Under the pieces are notes generated by a model that was given only the letters and a program-made list of their open reading frames with translations, was not told where the DNA came from and made no database searches. A stretch of 64,000 nucleotides of DNA from Anthoceros angustus (Eukaryota; Plantae; Anthocerotophyta): the NCBI GenBank assembly GCA_010909165.1, contig MU008170.1, positions 1,690,772-1,754,771 of the forward strand, in the 5' to 3' direction. Of the stretch, positions 63,726 to 64,000 are shown one piece after another (the stretch's first letter is position 1; each line of letters begins with the position of its first letter). Position numbers and translations under genes: made by a program.

Positions 63726-64000
63726 CCCGAGATGTCGTTTGGCACAGGAATCGGCGATTGCCTCCACCTTGGTGGCATGCGGCGAGATCGTGATCCAATG
63801 ACCCAAGTACAACACCTTTTCCAAATCGACACTTCCTGGATGGGCCTTCAACCCTAGCCGGATCTAGCAAAAGGCGCTCGAAGATGTAGATGCTCCTCAA
63901 AGGTATTCTTGAAGATGATGACATCATCAATGTAGCACTTGGCGAAATGCAAGTCCTTGAGCTCATTGTCCATGTACCTTTGGAGCTGCGTTGGCGATGT
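63726..64000 (-). mobile_element. Second Ty3/gypsy reverse transcriptase fragment, running off the window
   Basis: Minus strand QRYMDNELKDLHFAKCYIDDVIIFKNTFEEH..HP.KC.F..VLYLGHWI..SPHATKVEAI. Confidence 0.85.

Overview
Eukaryotic nuclear DNA from a streptophyte plant with short GT-AG introns (about 70-110 bp); a bryophyte-grade host such as a hornwort is my guess, not demonstrated. 1-20.3 kb is gene-dense: a 5'-partial ZGRF1-like gene with a decayed helicase, plastid ribosomal protein S1, UGP3 and an intact TBC Rab-GAP. CRE-type non-LTR retrotransposon fragments, tRNA-Lys-derived remnants, minisatellites and a MetRS pseudogene lie between them. 18.9-48.2 kb is a ~13 kb tandem segmental repeat (2 full units plus a partial third). 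Each full unit carries a TBC copy, a CRE fragment, a MetRS fragment and an apparently intronless class-3 lipase/P-loop GTPase fusion gene. 48.2-64 kb is nested transposons: an unclassified GC-rich modular element, a Ty3/gypsy element, a CACTA terminus and a second gypsy RT. The best hit is the Ty3/gypsy polyprotein, which carries a C5-cytosine DNA methyltransferase between protease and RT and a PHD finger after integrase. Caveat: beyond ~22 kb there are many 1-2 nt indels, so I cannot separate true pseudogenisation from long-read consensus error. Motifs there were read by hand across frameshifts, and element boundaries are approximate.
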